A stretch of DNA of 51,876 nucleotides, taken from the sequence record DRR723986_4746, one strand, 5' to 3'. How positions within the stretch are numbered: position 1 is the first letter of the stretch; every line of letters starts with the position of its first letter. Of this stretch, positions 1 through 10,318 are shown piece after piece. A program made the position numbers and the translations under genes. The notes under the pieces were generated by a model. That model was not told where the DNA came from. It ran no database searches and saw only the letters and a list, made by a program, of their open reading frames with translations.

Positions 1-54
1 ACCGCCAACCAGGGCCTGTTCGGCCACGGCAGCTCGGTCATTATCAAACGCTGA
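1..54 (+). CDS. 3' end of a probable thiolase-family / lipid-transfer (SCP-x-like) protein, 5'-truncated by the window
   Basis: Frame 1 reads TANQGLFGHGSSVIIKR*, which resembles the C-terminus of SCP2-type thiolases. Only 17 residues are visible. Confidence 0.5.
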   Translation, partial: TANQGLFGHGSSVIIKR

Positions 55-66
55 GAGCTGTTAACT

Positions 67-471
67 TCAGGGCTCGCGCATCGATGCCTGCTTGAGGTAG
101 GCAATCAGGTCCGCGCGCCGCTGGGGGTCGGGCACCCCCGGGCTCATCATCGTGGTGTCGGGAAACATTCCCAGCGGATCAGCCAGCCAGAGATCCAGCA
201 ACGCCGGGGTCCAGACGAAGTCCGCCTGGCGCAGGGTATCCGAGTAGTAGGCAAAGCCCGCTTGCTTGCCGGCAACCTTGCCGAATATCCGGTGCAGGTT
301 AGGGCCGTTGTTATGCCCCATGGCCAGCTCCGGATAGTGACAGGTGCGACAGGGGCCGAACACCAGCCGCCCCCGTTCCGGGTCACCCACCAGGCCACTG
401 GCAAGCTCCCCCCGCGCCATCAGCGGCAGAGCCAGAAGCAGCAGGGTAACTGTCATTGAGCGGTAGCTCAC
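67..471 (-). CDS. Periplasmic class I cytochrome c (c2-like)
   Basis: N-terminal signal peptide, heme motif CRTCH, GPNLHRIFG, and distal Met region FPDTTMM. The start overlaps the upstream flavoprotein stop (468-471). Confidence 0.9.
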   Translation of the reverse strand: MSYRSMTVTLLLLALPLMARGELASGLVGDPERGRLVFGPCRTCHYPELAMGHNNGPNLHRIFGKVAGKQAGFAYYSDTLRQADFVWTPALLDLWLADPLGMFPDTTMMSPGVPDPQRRADLIAYLKQASMREP

Positions 472-2006
472 GCGGTACTCTCCCCGGTCGCGGCATGACG
501 GCCTGCCCGACGACCAAAAAAGGTGCAGTCTCCCACTGACAGACCGCTGGCGATATAAGGCGCCAGGGGCAAACCCGCACTGGTGCGACCGGCAGCGTAC
601 AGGCCCGGTATACGCTCACCGAAGCTATTGAGTACCTCGCTGTCAGTGGTGGTGTGCAGGCCGCCGAAAGTATGCGCAGGGAAAAACGCCTTATTGACCG
701 ACAGGTCCCAGGCGACATAGGGCGGGCCCTGCACCGGCCTCAGGTAGGCCTCGTTCTTGTGATACAGCGGGTCCTCCCCGCTGGCAGCAAAACGGTTGTA
801 GTAGGCCACCGTATGCTGCAGAGCGCCCTGAGGGAAACCCGCCGCGACCGCGAGATCGCCGATGGTGCTGGCGCGGGCCACGGCCACGAAGTTGTCCTGG
901 TGGAAACCAAAGCTGCTCTGCGCGTCGGTAATCAGCCAGGCTTTTCCGCCCTGGTGATACGCCACCGCGTTGCCGACCACCCCGTGGTAGGAGTCTTCGG
1001 CGATAAAACGCTGGCCCTGGGCATTGACGATGATTCCCGAGAGCACGTTTTCCGGCGGGTAAATCGGTACAATCGCAAACCCGTGGCTCATGCGTAGCGC
1101 TGCGGCACCGGCCGCCATACCCATCTGGATACCCACGCCGAGATCGCCGGCATTACCCCAGGGAACAGAGCAATCGTGCAACTCAGGCGCGTAGAGCTTG
1201 AGCATGTCGCGATTGTGAATGAAGCCACCGCTGGCAAGGATGACACCTTTGCGCGCACGGATAGCGCGCCGCTCACCCGCCATATCGACCAGCATTCCCG
1301 CAACCCGGCCGTCAGTTTCCAGCACCAGGCGCTGGCCCGCAGTCCGTGACTGCAAACCCACACCCAGCGTCTTGGCTCGCGCCAGCAGCGCCTGCATCAG
1401 GGCTCGCCCCCCGGTCATACCGGGGACGCCGGGCACATGACCCCGTGGCGCGGGCCGGGCCAGGTCGCGCGCCGGCCAGGCCAGCTCATTACCCGAGTAA
1501 TACAGGGACTCATCGCCCATCGGCAGGCCCTTGTTGCTGGTGAACTTGTCACCGTAGGGGATGCCCTGGGCCACCAGCCAGTCGAAATGCGCCACGCTGT
1601 CGGCGCAGTAGTGCTCAATCTTGTCCAGCTGGGGATGCAGCGCACCGGCACCGGCGATGAAATCGTACATCGCCTGGGGGCTGTCCTCGATGCCGAGGGC
1701 CCGCTGCAGCGCGGTGCCTCCACCGGCGTAGACCACCCCGCCGGACATCGCCGACGAACCGCCAAAGCGCGGTAGCGACTCGATTACCAGTACCCGGGCT
1801 CCGGCAACGGCCGCTTCGATCGCAGCACTGATACCCGCCGCGCCGGAACCGGCCACCAGGACGTCAGTTTCGAGATCCCAGGTGCCAAGCTCACTGCGCT
1901 GCATGGCGGCGTGCGCACCGCCGACGCCGGCAGCAAGCGCACTGCCGGCCAGGCCCGCCAGCAGGGCGCGGCGGCCAATGCCGCCAGAGTCAGCAGGCTC
2001 TGTCAT
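468..2006 (-). CDS. Tat-exported FAD-dependent oxidoreductase, FAD_binding_2 family (3-ketosteroid dehydrogenase-like)
   Basis: Twin-arginine leader GRRALL...AHA, dinucleotide motif VAGSGAAG, SAMSGG, TFGGL, GLYAAG and C-terminal SGLSVGDCTFFGRRAG. Confidence 0.8.
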   Translation of the reverse strand: MTEPADSGGIGRRALLAGLAGSALAAGVGGAHAAMQRSELGTWDLETDVLVAGSGAAGISAAIEAAVAGARVLVIESLPRFGGSSAMSGGVVYAGGGTALQRALGIEDSPQAMYDFIAGAGALHPQLDKIEHYCADSVAHFDWLVAQGIPYGDKFTSNKGLPMGDESLYYSGNELAWPARDLARPAPRGHVPGVPGMTGGRALMQALLARAKTLGVGLQSRTAGQRLVLETDGRVAGMLVDMAGERRAIRARKGVILASGGFIHNRDMLKLYAPELHDCSVPWGNAGDLGVGIQMGMAAGAAALRMSHGFAIVPIYPPENVLSGIIVNAQGQRFIAEDSYHGVVGNAVAYHQGGKAWLITDAQSSFGFHQDNFVAVARASTIGDLAVAAGFPQGALQHTVAYYNRFAASGEDPLYHKNEAYLRPVQGPPYVAWDLSVNKAFFPAHTFGGLHTTTDSEVLNSFGERIPGLYAAGRTSAGLPLAPYIASGLSVGDCTFFGRRAGRHAATGESTA

Positions 2007-2012
2007 GCGCAG

Positions 2013-2732
2013 TCACGCCTGTGGGTCCCCGTCGTCACGGATATATTCCAGCTGGTCACTGATCATCGTGGTCCGGTGCCGACACCCGGCGACCGTTAAC
2101 TCACCGGATTCGTAGCCGGCATCGCCGGCATACAGAAAGCAGATGCCGTCATCGACAAAAACCATCTTCGGCTCGAAAACCAGGGCTTCACGCCCGGCCA
2201 GCGCCGCGCGGGCCGCATCGCAATCCGGGTGCGGCGCCAGGTCCATCAGACTGACAAAGGTCGGTGGCATGAGGCGAAAAGGGTTGTCCCTGTCCGCTAT
2301 CTCGGCGAAGGCTACCTCGGGGCGCACCCAGCGATGATGGGCGATCTCACCCCCGTCTACTGCCACTTCCTGGCCATCTTCGAGGACGCCGAGGAAAAAC
2401 CAGGTAGCGAAGCGACGCCGGGCGCCTTCCGGCGTGGTCCAGTGGGCAAAATGCACCAACTGGTCTTCGTCGATCTCAAGGCCCGCCTCCTCCCGGGTTT
2501 CCCGTATCGCGGCATTGAGCGCTGCGCGGTAGGCGTCACCATCCTCCGGGTAGTCCGTCGGGTCGACCTTGCCTCCCGGGAAAACCCACATGCCACCCAT
2601 GTGGCTGACGGCAGTGCTGCGTTGCACCAGCAGGGCCTCGGGACCCTCGCGGGAATCACGCACCAGCACTACGGTCGCCGCCGGGCAGACCGGCTCGACA
2701 CAATCACTGGTCTCCAGTGCGTCGCGGCTCAT
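2013..2732 (-). CDS. NUDIX hydrolase
   Basis: FPGGKVD...AAIRETREEAG Nudix box and HWTTPE...RRFATWFF (NUDT19-like subgroup). Start set at the ATG at 2732, just downstream of the maoC stop. Confidence 0.85.
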   Translation of the reverse strand: MSRDALETSDCVEPVCPAATVVLVRDSREGPEALLVQRSTAVSHMGGMWVFPGGKVDPTDYPEDGDAYRAALNAAIRETREEAGLEIDEDQLVHFAHWTTPEGARRRFATWFFLGVLEDGQEVAVDGGEIAHHRWVRPEVAFAEIADRDNPFRLMPPTFVSLMDLAPHPDCDAARAALAGREALVFEPKMVFVDDGICFLYAGDAGYESGELTVAGCRHRTTMISDQLEYIRDDGDPQA

Positions 2733-2736
2733 CGGG

Positions 2737-3192
2737 TCAGGGATAAAAACGGCTGATGGTGTCGATGACGCAGGCAGGTCGATCACCGCCTTCGATCTCG
2801 ATGGTGATCCTGACCACCACCTGAACGCCGCCTTTGACCTCCTCGACGCTGATTACCTCACCGCCACCGCGGATCCGGCTGTCGACGGGCACCGGGGCGG
2901 GAAAGCGCACCTTCTCGCAGCCATAATTGACCCCCATGGACACGTTTTCCACCTGCAGAATCTGGGGCAGGAACAGGTTGGCCAGGGACAGGGTCAAGTA
3001 CCCGTGGGCGATGGTGCGGCCAAACGGGCCCTGGGCCGCTTTTTCCGGATCCACGTGAATCCACTGGTGGTCCCCGGTCGCATCGGCGAACAGGTCAATG
3101 CGGTGCTGGTCTATCGCCAGCCAGTCGCTGTAACCGAGGTGGCGGCCCTCGGAACCTAATAGTTCTGCGGGCGAGGCAAAAGTCGTAGCCAT
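2737..3192 (-). CDS. MaoC-family (hotdog-fold) dehydratase
   Basis: FADATGDHQWIHVD and IAHGYLTLSL hydratase-2 motifs. Confidence 0.9.
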   Translation of the reverse strand: MATTFASPAELLGSEGRHLGYSDWLAIDQHRIDLFADATGDHQWIHVDPEKAAQGPFGRTIAHGYLTLSLANLFLPQILQVENVSMGVNYGCEKVRFPAPVPVDSRIRGGGEVISVEEVKGGVQVVVRITIEIEGGDRPACVIDTISRFYP

Positions 3193-3394
3193 AGCGGGTA
3201 AATCATCCTGGATTGCATTCGGGTAGGACTATAACACCCCGCTTGTTGGCTGGCAGCCGCGCCAGTTCAACTCCTCTCACCACCGGCGAAAACTGCCCCA
3301 TGCTATCTATCTTACTGTTTTAAATAGCAAAAATGTGCTTCGTCCGGGTCGTTCCCAGGTGCCAGGCCGGAGCAAAAAAAGTTAGTCCGAGCCA

Positions 3395-3436
3395 TTGCAG
3401 CCTCCTGATTTGGTGTTATAGTTATGTATAACACCA
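3395..3436 (+). promoter_or_regulatory. Putative sigma70 promoter overlapped by a 10-bp perfect inverted repeat (operator candidate) upstream of the RND operon
   Basis: TTGCAG (3395-3400), 16 nt, then extended -10 TGt-TATAGT (3414-3422). Inverted repeat TGGTGTTATA-gttatg-TATAACACCA at 3411-3436. Confidence 0.6.
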
Positions 3437-3448
3437 TATGACAGCCGA

Positions 3449-6400
3449 ATGATCATGCCAGACGAATCGGATTCACGCTTCCAGCGCCCGCACTACCTGA
3501 TCGACACCTTCACCCGGCACCCGCTGGCGGCCAACCTGTTGATGGTGATGCTGATCCTTGCCGGCATCTGGGGCGTCCGCCAGCTCACGGTTCAACTTAA
3601 CCCGACCGAGTCCAGCAGCAATGTTGCAGTAGAGGTCATGTGGCCCGGCGCGGCGGCGGAAGACGTGGAGCGACTGGTAACCCAGCCGATCGAGTACCAG
3701 CTGCGGGCACTGCAGGGCTTGCGCAACCTGACCTCGCAAACCGTAGATGGCAGTACCAGCATCAACATCCAGTTCCAGCCCAGGTCTGACATGGGCGAAG
3801 CACTGGATCGGGTCAAGCAGGCGGTGGCCCAGACCCGGGAGCTACCCACGGCAATCGAGCCCCCGGTTATCCGGCTGGCGGAGCGCCTCGAAACCGTGGC
3901 TGCAATCCTGCTGTCCGGCGGCGGTAGCCTGGAGGAGCTGGTGCCGCTGGCGCGGAACATTGAGCGCGACCTGATGGCCCGCGGTGCGGACAAGATCGAG
4001 TTCCGGGGCGTGCCGAAAGAAGAGATCGCCATCCAGATCGACAGCAAGACCTTGTTCGAGCTCGGCGTGCCCTTGCACGAGATCGCCCAACGCGTGCTGG
4101 AGAACAGCATCGATGTACCCGCCGGCAGCGTCGGCGGCGGCCAGCTTGAGCGCAAACTGCGCTCCCTGGACCAGCGCCGCAGCACCGTCGGCTTCGAGCA
4201 GCTGCCCATTCCGACGGGAGAAGACGGGGGGCTGCAGTACCTGGGCAACATCGCGCGCATTGAGCGGCGGCAGCAGGATGACCAGCAATTGCTGTTCTAC
4301 CAGGGAGAGCCTGCGATCATGATCCGGCTGCGCCGCGTGCCGGGCTCCGATGTGATGGACGAGGCGCAGATCCTCCACCAATGGCACGCCGATAACGTCG
4401 AGGGGCTCGCACTGCAGGGCATCGAGGCCACGATCTGGCTGGAAGCCTGGCGCTTCGCCCGGGAAACCCTGATGCTGGTGGTTTACAACGGCCTCAGCGG
4501 ACTGTTCCTGGTCATCGCCACCCTGCTGCTGTTCCTCAACACCCGGGTCGCGGGCTGGGTCACTATCGGCATCCCGGTCTCCTTCCTCGGGGCCATTGCG
4601 GTCTTCCACTTTCTCGGCGGTTCGATCAACTTCATCAGCCTGATCGGTGCCGTAATGGCGCTGGGCATCGTTGTGGATGACGCCATCGTCGTCGGAGAAC
4701 ACGCCCTGTTCCAGTACGAGAGCGGAAAATCGCCGGAACAGGCCGCCGCGCTGGGTGCCCACCGTATGTTTGCGCCGGTGATGGCGTCCTCACTGACCAC
4801 ACTCGCCGCATTCCTGCCGCTGATCGTGCTCAACGAGCCGTTTATTCGGGAAATTCCCCTGCTAATGATCTGCGTGATCGTGGCCTCGCTGGTGGAATGT
4901 TTCCTGATCATGCCAGGCCACTTGCGGCACAGCTTCCAGCGGATGGCCCACCGCGAACCGGGCCGCTGGCGGCGTGCTTTCGACCAGGCGTTCTGCCGGT
5001 TCCGGGACAATACCTTTACCCCCGTGCTGCACTGGGCCCTGGGCAACCGACGTTCCGTGGTGGCGCTGGCGCTGGGCGCTTTCATCGTCGCCATGTCACT
5101 GCTCGCCAGTGGCCGGGTGAAGCCGGAACTGAACCTCAATGTGAACTTCGAGTTTGCAGACGCCTACATCCAGTTTGGCGCAAGCGCCACCGAGGCTGAC
5201 AAAGCTGCGTTCCTGCAGGAACTGGAAACTGCCGTCGAAGCTACCAATGCCGAGTTCGGCGGCGATGTCATCGTCACGCATATCCGCCAGCGCAACTGGG
5301 CCTATCTGGAACAACAGGCGCGACGAGGCAGCCAGTACGCGGCGATGTGGGTTGAACTGGTGCCGCCGGATGAACGCGAGGTCACCCTTGCCGAATTCTC
5401 CGCCGCCTGGGCCGCGCGCCTGCAACCCAACCCACACGTGGAAACGATCCAGTTCGAGGCCGGTGAAGACAACTGGCCCGACCTGCAGCTGTATTTCAGT
5501 GGTGCCGATGTGAACACTTTGAAACAGGCCGCGGAAGAGCTGGCCCGGCGTCTCGCTACCTACCCCGGGGTCAACAACGTATTTGACGACCTGCCCTACG
5601 GCAAGGAGCAGTGGATATTCGGTCTCACAACCGAGGGCCGGGCTGCAGGCCTCAGCAGTGCTGACGTCGGCCGCCAGCTTCACACTGCCTTTGAAGGTTT
5701 CCGGGTGCAGTTGTTCACCGAGAATGATGCCGAACTGGAAGTCCGGGTATCGCTGCCCAGCGAGGAGCGCTTCCGACTCGGCACCATCGGCCAGTTACCG
5801 ATCACCACGCCATCCGGAGCGGTGCTGCCGCTAGCCAGCGTCGCCACGATCGAAGCCCGTCGCGGCATTGAACGGATCAACCATCGCAACGGGCAGCAGG
5901 TGATCAATGTGTTCGGTAACGTGAACCGGAAGATCAACACGCCCATGGCGGTGATAGCCGAGCTGGAGCAGGAGGTGATCCCCGACATCACCCAGCGTTT
6001 CGGCGTCACCTATGGCCTCGGGGAGCGGTCGGCGGATGAGGCCCAGGTATTCGGCGACATGCTGCTGGGCGCAGTCATCGGACTCACCCTGATCTACCTG
6101 ATCCTGGCCTGGATCTTCGCGTCCTGGAGCTGGCCGCTGGCAGTAATGGTAGCGATACCATTGGGCCTGACTGGAGCCGTCACCGGTCTGCAGTTGCTCG
6201 ATCTCAATCTCGGCGTGATGGCCATCATGGGCCTGTTCACCCTGACCGGGGTCATCGTCAACGACTCCATCATCCTGATCAACGCCTACAAGGAATACCG
6301 GGAGCATGGCATGGCAACGGACGAGGCCCTGATGGCCGCTTGCCGCGACCGGCTGCGCCCGGTGATCCTGACCTCTGTAACAACCACGCTGGGGCTCGCG

Positions 6401-6622
6401 CCGATGATGCTCGAGCAATCGCCTATGGGAGAAGTCATGGCACCGCTGGCGGTCGTTATCTGTTTCGGGCTTCTATACGGCACGACGCTGATCCTGCTAA
6501 CCATACCTGCGGTGCTTTCCATTCTTGAAACGCTAGCAAGCAAAACACAGAAATACCGGGCAGAACGTGGCTCACCCGCCGCCGCTGCCGGTAACACGGG
6601 GGAACTCAATCATGTCCAGTGA
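3449..6622 (+). CDS. RND efflux permease (AcrB/AcrD/AcrF family)
   Basis: 1057 aa, PGAAAEDVE, TM4 GIVVDDAIVVGE, RLRPVILTSVTT, two large periplasmic loops. Confidence 0.95.
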   Translation: MIMPDESDSRFQRPHYLIDTFTRHPLAANLLMVMLILAGIWGVRQLTVQLNPTESSSNVAVEVMWPGAAAEDVERLVTQPIEYQLRALQGLRNLTSQTVDGSTSINIQFQPRSDMGEALDRVKQAVAQTRELPTAIEPPVIRLAERLETVAAILLSGGGSLEELVPLARNIERDLMARGADKIEFRGVPKEEIAIQIDSKTLFELGVPLHEIAQRVLENSIDVPAGSVGGGQLERKLRSLDQRRSTVGFEQLPIPTGEDGGLQYLGNIARIERRQQDDQQLLFYQGEPAIMIRLRRVPGSDVMDEAQILHQWHADNVEGLALQGIEATIWLEAWRFARETLMLVVYNGLSGLFLVIATLLLFLNTRVAGWVTIGIPVSFLGAIAVFHFLGGSINFISLIGAVMALGIVVDDAIVVGEHALFQYESGKSPEQAAALGAHRMFAPVMASSLTTLAAFLPLIVLNEPFIREIPLLMICVIVASLVECFLIMPGHLRHSFQRMAHREPGRWRRAFDQAFCRFRDNTFTPVLHWALGNRRSVVALALGAFIVAMSLLASGRVKPELNLNVNFEFADAYIQFGASATEADKAAFLQELETAVEATNAEFGGDVIVTHIRQRNWAYLEQQARRGSQYAAMWVELVPPDEREVTLAEFSAAWAARLQPNPHVETIQFEAGEDNWPDLQLYFSGADVNTLKQAAEELARRLATYPGVNNVFDDLPYGKEQWIFGLTTEGRAAGLSSADVGRQLHTAFEGFRVQLFTENDAELEVRVSLPSEERFRLGTIGQLPITTPSGAVLPLASVATIEARRGIERINHRNGQQVINVFGNVNRKINTPMAVIAELEQEVIPDITQRFGVTYGLGERSADEAQVFGDMLLGAVIGLTLIYLILAWIFASWSWPLAVMVAIPLGLTGAVTGLQLLDLNLGVMAIMGLFTLTGVIVNDSIILINAYKEYREHGMATDEALMAACRDRLRPVILTSVTTTLGLAPMMLEQSPMGEVMAPLAVVICFGLLYGTTLILLTIPAVLSILETLASKTQKYRAERGSPAAAAGNTGELNHVQ

Positions 6623-7973
6623 ATCGCAGCTCACGCCCGATCACGCCATCCGGCTGCCGTTACTCCAACGCATCCTGCGACGATTGTCACGGGTCAGTCA
6701 CAAGAATCGTCTGCTGGCGGCCATCGTCACCGTAACGCTGCTGTCTACCGGCACCCTGATGGCCACCGCGCCCAGGCACGACCCGTCAAACGTCGAGGAA
6801 AAAGCCTGGCCAGTCAGCACCGTAACCGCGGACACCCAGACGATAGCGCCCCAGCTGCAGCTGTTTGGCAGGGTGGAGACACCTAACCATGCGACCCTCA
6901 GTTCAGCCATTGCCGCTGAGGTCCTGACCCTGCACGTGGTAGAAGGCCAGCAGGTCAGCGCCGGTGAGTTACTCGTATCCCTCGATGCGCGTGACGAGCA
7001 GCTCCAGCTGCAGCAGCGCGAGGCGGACCTGCGCGAGGCCCAGGCCCAGCTCAGCCGGGTCGAACGGGACATCAAAACCGATCGCCAGGTGCTTGCCCAT
7101 ATGCGCGACCTGTTGGCGCTGACCCAAAGCAAGGCAAAGCGACTCAAAACCCTCAATGGCCGCCAGCTTATCGCCACCGAGCAATTGGAAAATACCCTGC
7201 AGGAGGTCGCCCGTCAGGGGATTGAGCTGGCCAGGCAGCAGGCCCTGGTGGACAACCACCAGAACCGTCTGGGTGAAGCCCAATCCGCGGTAAGCCGGGC
7301 CACGGCCCTGCTGGAGACCCAGGCGCTGAACCTCGCCCGTGCCGAGGTCCGCGCGCCCTTTTCCGGACGGGTTTCAGCGCTGGCAGTGTCACCCGGCAAC
7401 CGCGTGCGCCCCGGGGAGGACCTGGTCACGGTCTACGATACCGGTGCCCTGCAGATCCGGGTACCGATACCCTCCAGCGTAGTGGCAGAGCTCAAGCAAG
7501 CACTCTACGCGGGCGTGCCTGTGAACGCCGGAGTCGATGGGCGGCGCGGGGGTGCCAGCTTGCAACAGCTTGCCGGCGAGATTGGCGCCGGCAAGTCCGG
7601 TGTCGATGCCCTGTTTGCCGTGTCCGGCGCGGTCGACGGCCTGGAACTTGGCCGGGCGGTGGACCTGCAGATCGAACTACCCGCGGTACGGGGCGTGGTC
7701 TCGCTGCCGCCCCAGAGTATCTACGATAACAAACGTATTTACCTGGTCGAGGACGAGCGTCTGCGCAGCGTCGAGATTGAGCCCGTTGGCCAACGCATGA
7801 ACCCGCGGGGAGAGCTAGAGATCCTGGTCTCCTCCGCCGCCATCGCGCCGGGTACCCGCATTCTCGCCACAAACCTGCCGCGCGCTAGCACGGGCTTGCG
7901 GGTGCAGGTGGTCAATCAGCAGATTGCCGAGGTGATCAGTGCTGGCAAATCGCTCACCACCACCAGCGGCTAA
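6612..7973 (+). CDS. RND periplasmic adaptor (membrane fusion protein)
   Basis: N-terminal TM, lipoyl halves (VVEGQQVSAGELL / VRAPFSGRV) and a long coiled-coil hairpin. The ATG at 6612 overlaps the RND stop. Confidence 0.9.
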   Translation: MSSESQLTPDHAIRLPLLQRILRRLSRVSHKNRLLAAIVTVTLLSTGTLMATAPRHDPSNVEEKAWPVSTVTADTQTIAPQLQLFGRVETPNHATLSSAIAAEVLTLHVVEGQQVSAGELLVSLDARDEQLQLQQREADLREAQAQLSRVERDIKTDRQVLAHMRDLLALTQSKAKRLKTLNGRQLIATEQLENTLQEVARQGIELARQQALVDNHQNRLGEAQSAVSRATALLETQALNLARAEVRAPFSGRVSALAVSPGNRVRPGEDLVTVYDTGALQIRVPIPSSVVAELKQALYAGVPVNAGVDGRRGGASLQQLAGEIGAGKSGVDALFAVSGAVDGLELGRAVDLQIELPAVRGVVSLPPQSIYDNKRIYLVEDERLRSVEIEPVGQRMNPRGELEILVSSAAIAPGTRILATNLPRASTGLRVQVVNQQIAEVISAGKSLTTTSG

Positions 7974-8051
7974 ACGCTGCCAAGCTGGGAATAACCGGGA
8001 TTATTGTCTATAGTCTGACGCTCATTTTCAGCCGGCACGAAGGAGCGCCTG

Positions 8052-8867
<816 letters not shown>

Positions 8868-9043
8868 AACCAGCCCTCACCGTCGGTTTTCCGGCCGGTG
8901 CATTCCGGGCCAGGCCCGCCGGGCGGGCAGGGCTGCTCGCGTCTGGCTTTTTAGACGAAACGCGACTCCCTGCCCCGGCTTGCAAGGATTTCACAGATAT
9001 CCGAGACGGGCTTGTGATATAACCCCAGCGTCTTTTTCCCTTT

Positions 9044-10318
9044 GTGGGCAATCACTTGGCTTCAACGACCCGACAACTGCTTATCTCGCTCGCGCTGCTT
9101 GGCGGCGCCGGTCTGGTTACCGCCCTGCTGTACCTCAACCGGCCGCCGGCAGAAATAGCCGAGCCGGTCTATCGCCCGGTCACGGTGGATGCCGCCGAGG
9201 TCGTACCGGAAACCGTGCGCATCCCGGTGCAGGCTCAGGGCACCGTATCACCGCTCCAGGCAACCACCCTGCAGGCCGAGATCAAGGGCCGGGTGGTGGA
9301 GGTCGCGGAGAATTTCAACGTCGGCGGATTTGTTCGCGAGGGTGAGGTGATTCTGCGTATCGACCCACGGGATTACCAGACCAGCCTGCTGCGCGCCCAG
9401 GCCGCCGTCGAATCGGCAGAGAGCAACCTGGCCCAGGAGCGCGGTCGCGCGGAAGTCGCGCTGCGCGAGTGGGAAAAACTACCCCGGGGCAGCCAGCGCA
9501 GCGATGAGGCCCGGGACCTGTACCTGCGCAAACCGCAGCTGGAGCTGGCCGAGGCACAACTGTTGGCCGCGCGCGCGGACCTCGATACGGCGCGGGACAA
9601 TCTCGAGCGCACCATTATTCGCGCGCCCTATGACGCCCTGGTCAAGTCCAAGCACAGCGACCTGGGCCAGTTCGTTGGCATGGGTACGGCGATTGCGGAA
9701 ATCTTCGCCGTAGCCCAGGCGGAAATACGTCTGCCCATCCCCCAGGGACGCCTACCCTACCTCGAGTTGCCCGCAGTAACCGGCGGCGATGAAGGTGCGC
9801 TGATAGACGTCTACACCGATGTCTCTGGAGAGGTAAAACACTGGACCGCCCGCCTCCATCGCACCGAGGGCGTGTTTGATGAACGCTCCCGCGCCCTGTT
9901 TGCGGTGGCCCGCATCGATGATCCCTACGGGCTGGACGACCCGGAGCGGGAACCGCTGCGAATCGGCACCTTCGTCAACGCCAACATCGAGGGCAAGGCC
10001 TTCCCCAATCTCGTAGTACTGCCCCGCCACCTGCTGCGTGCCGGCAATGAGCTCTGGGTCATCGATGAAGACATGAAACTGCGCAGTCGCAAGGTAACTA
10101 TCCTGCGAACCGGTGGCGACCTCATTTATGTCAGCGCAGGGCTGGAAGCGGGTGAACTGGTGTCGCTGACCACCCTGGACAGCAGTTTCAACGGCGCTGA
10201 GGTGCGGATCCTGTCACGCACGCCGAGCAAGCAATTGCATGGCAAGGGTATGCCAGTGCGCGCCGAGACCGTTGAAGCGACAGCTTCAGTGGCGCCCGGT
10301 ACTGGAGCGGCAGGGTGA
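9044..10318 (+). CDS. RND periplasmic adaptor (membrane fusion protein)
   Basis: N-terminal TM, FVREGEVILRIDP, LERTIIRAPYDA, PLRIGTFV. GTG start is approximate. Confidence 0.9.
   Translation: MGNHLASTTRQLLISLALLGGAGLVTALLYLNRPPAEIAEPVYRPVTVDAAEVVPETVRIPVQAQGTVSPLQATTLQAEIKGRVVEVAENFNVGGFVREGEVILRIDPRDYQTSLLRAQAAVESAESNLAQERGRAEVALREWEKLPRGSQRSDEARDLYLRKPQLELAEAQLLAARADLDTARDNLERTIIRAPYDALVKSKHSDLGQFVGMGTAIAEIFAVAQAEIRLPIPQGRLPYLELPAVTGGDEGALIDVYTDVSGEVKHWTARLHRTEGVFDERSRALFAVARIDDPYGLDDPEREPLRIGTFVNANIEGKAFPNLVVLPRHLLRAGNELWVIDEDMKLRSRKVTILRTGGDLIYVSAGLEAGELVSLTTLDSSFNGAEVRILSRTPSKQLHGKGMPVRAETVEATASVAPGTGAAG

Noticed and set aside
8870-8955. GC-rich inverted repeats after mscS, and similar ones near 19260 and 51625
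   Set aside because: They share no common sequence, so they are not a REP family. The U-tract is not adjacent to the stem, so a terminator call is weak.
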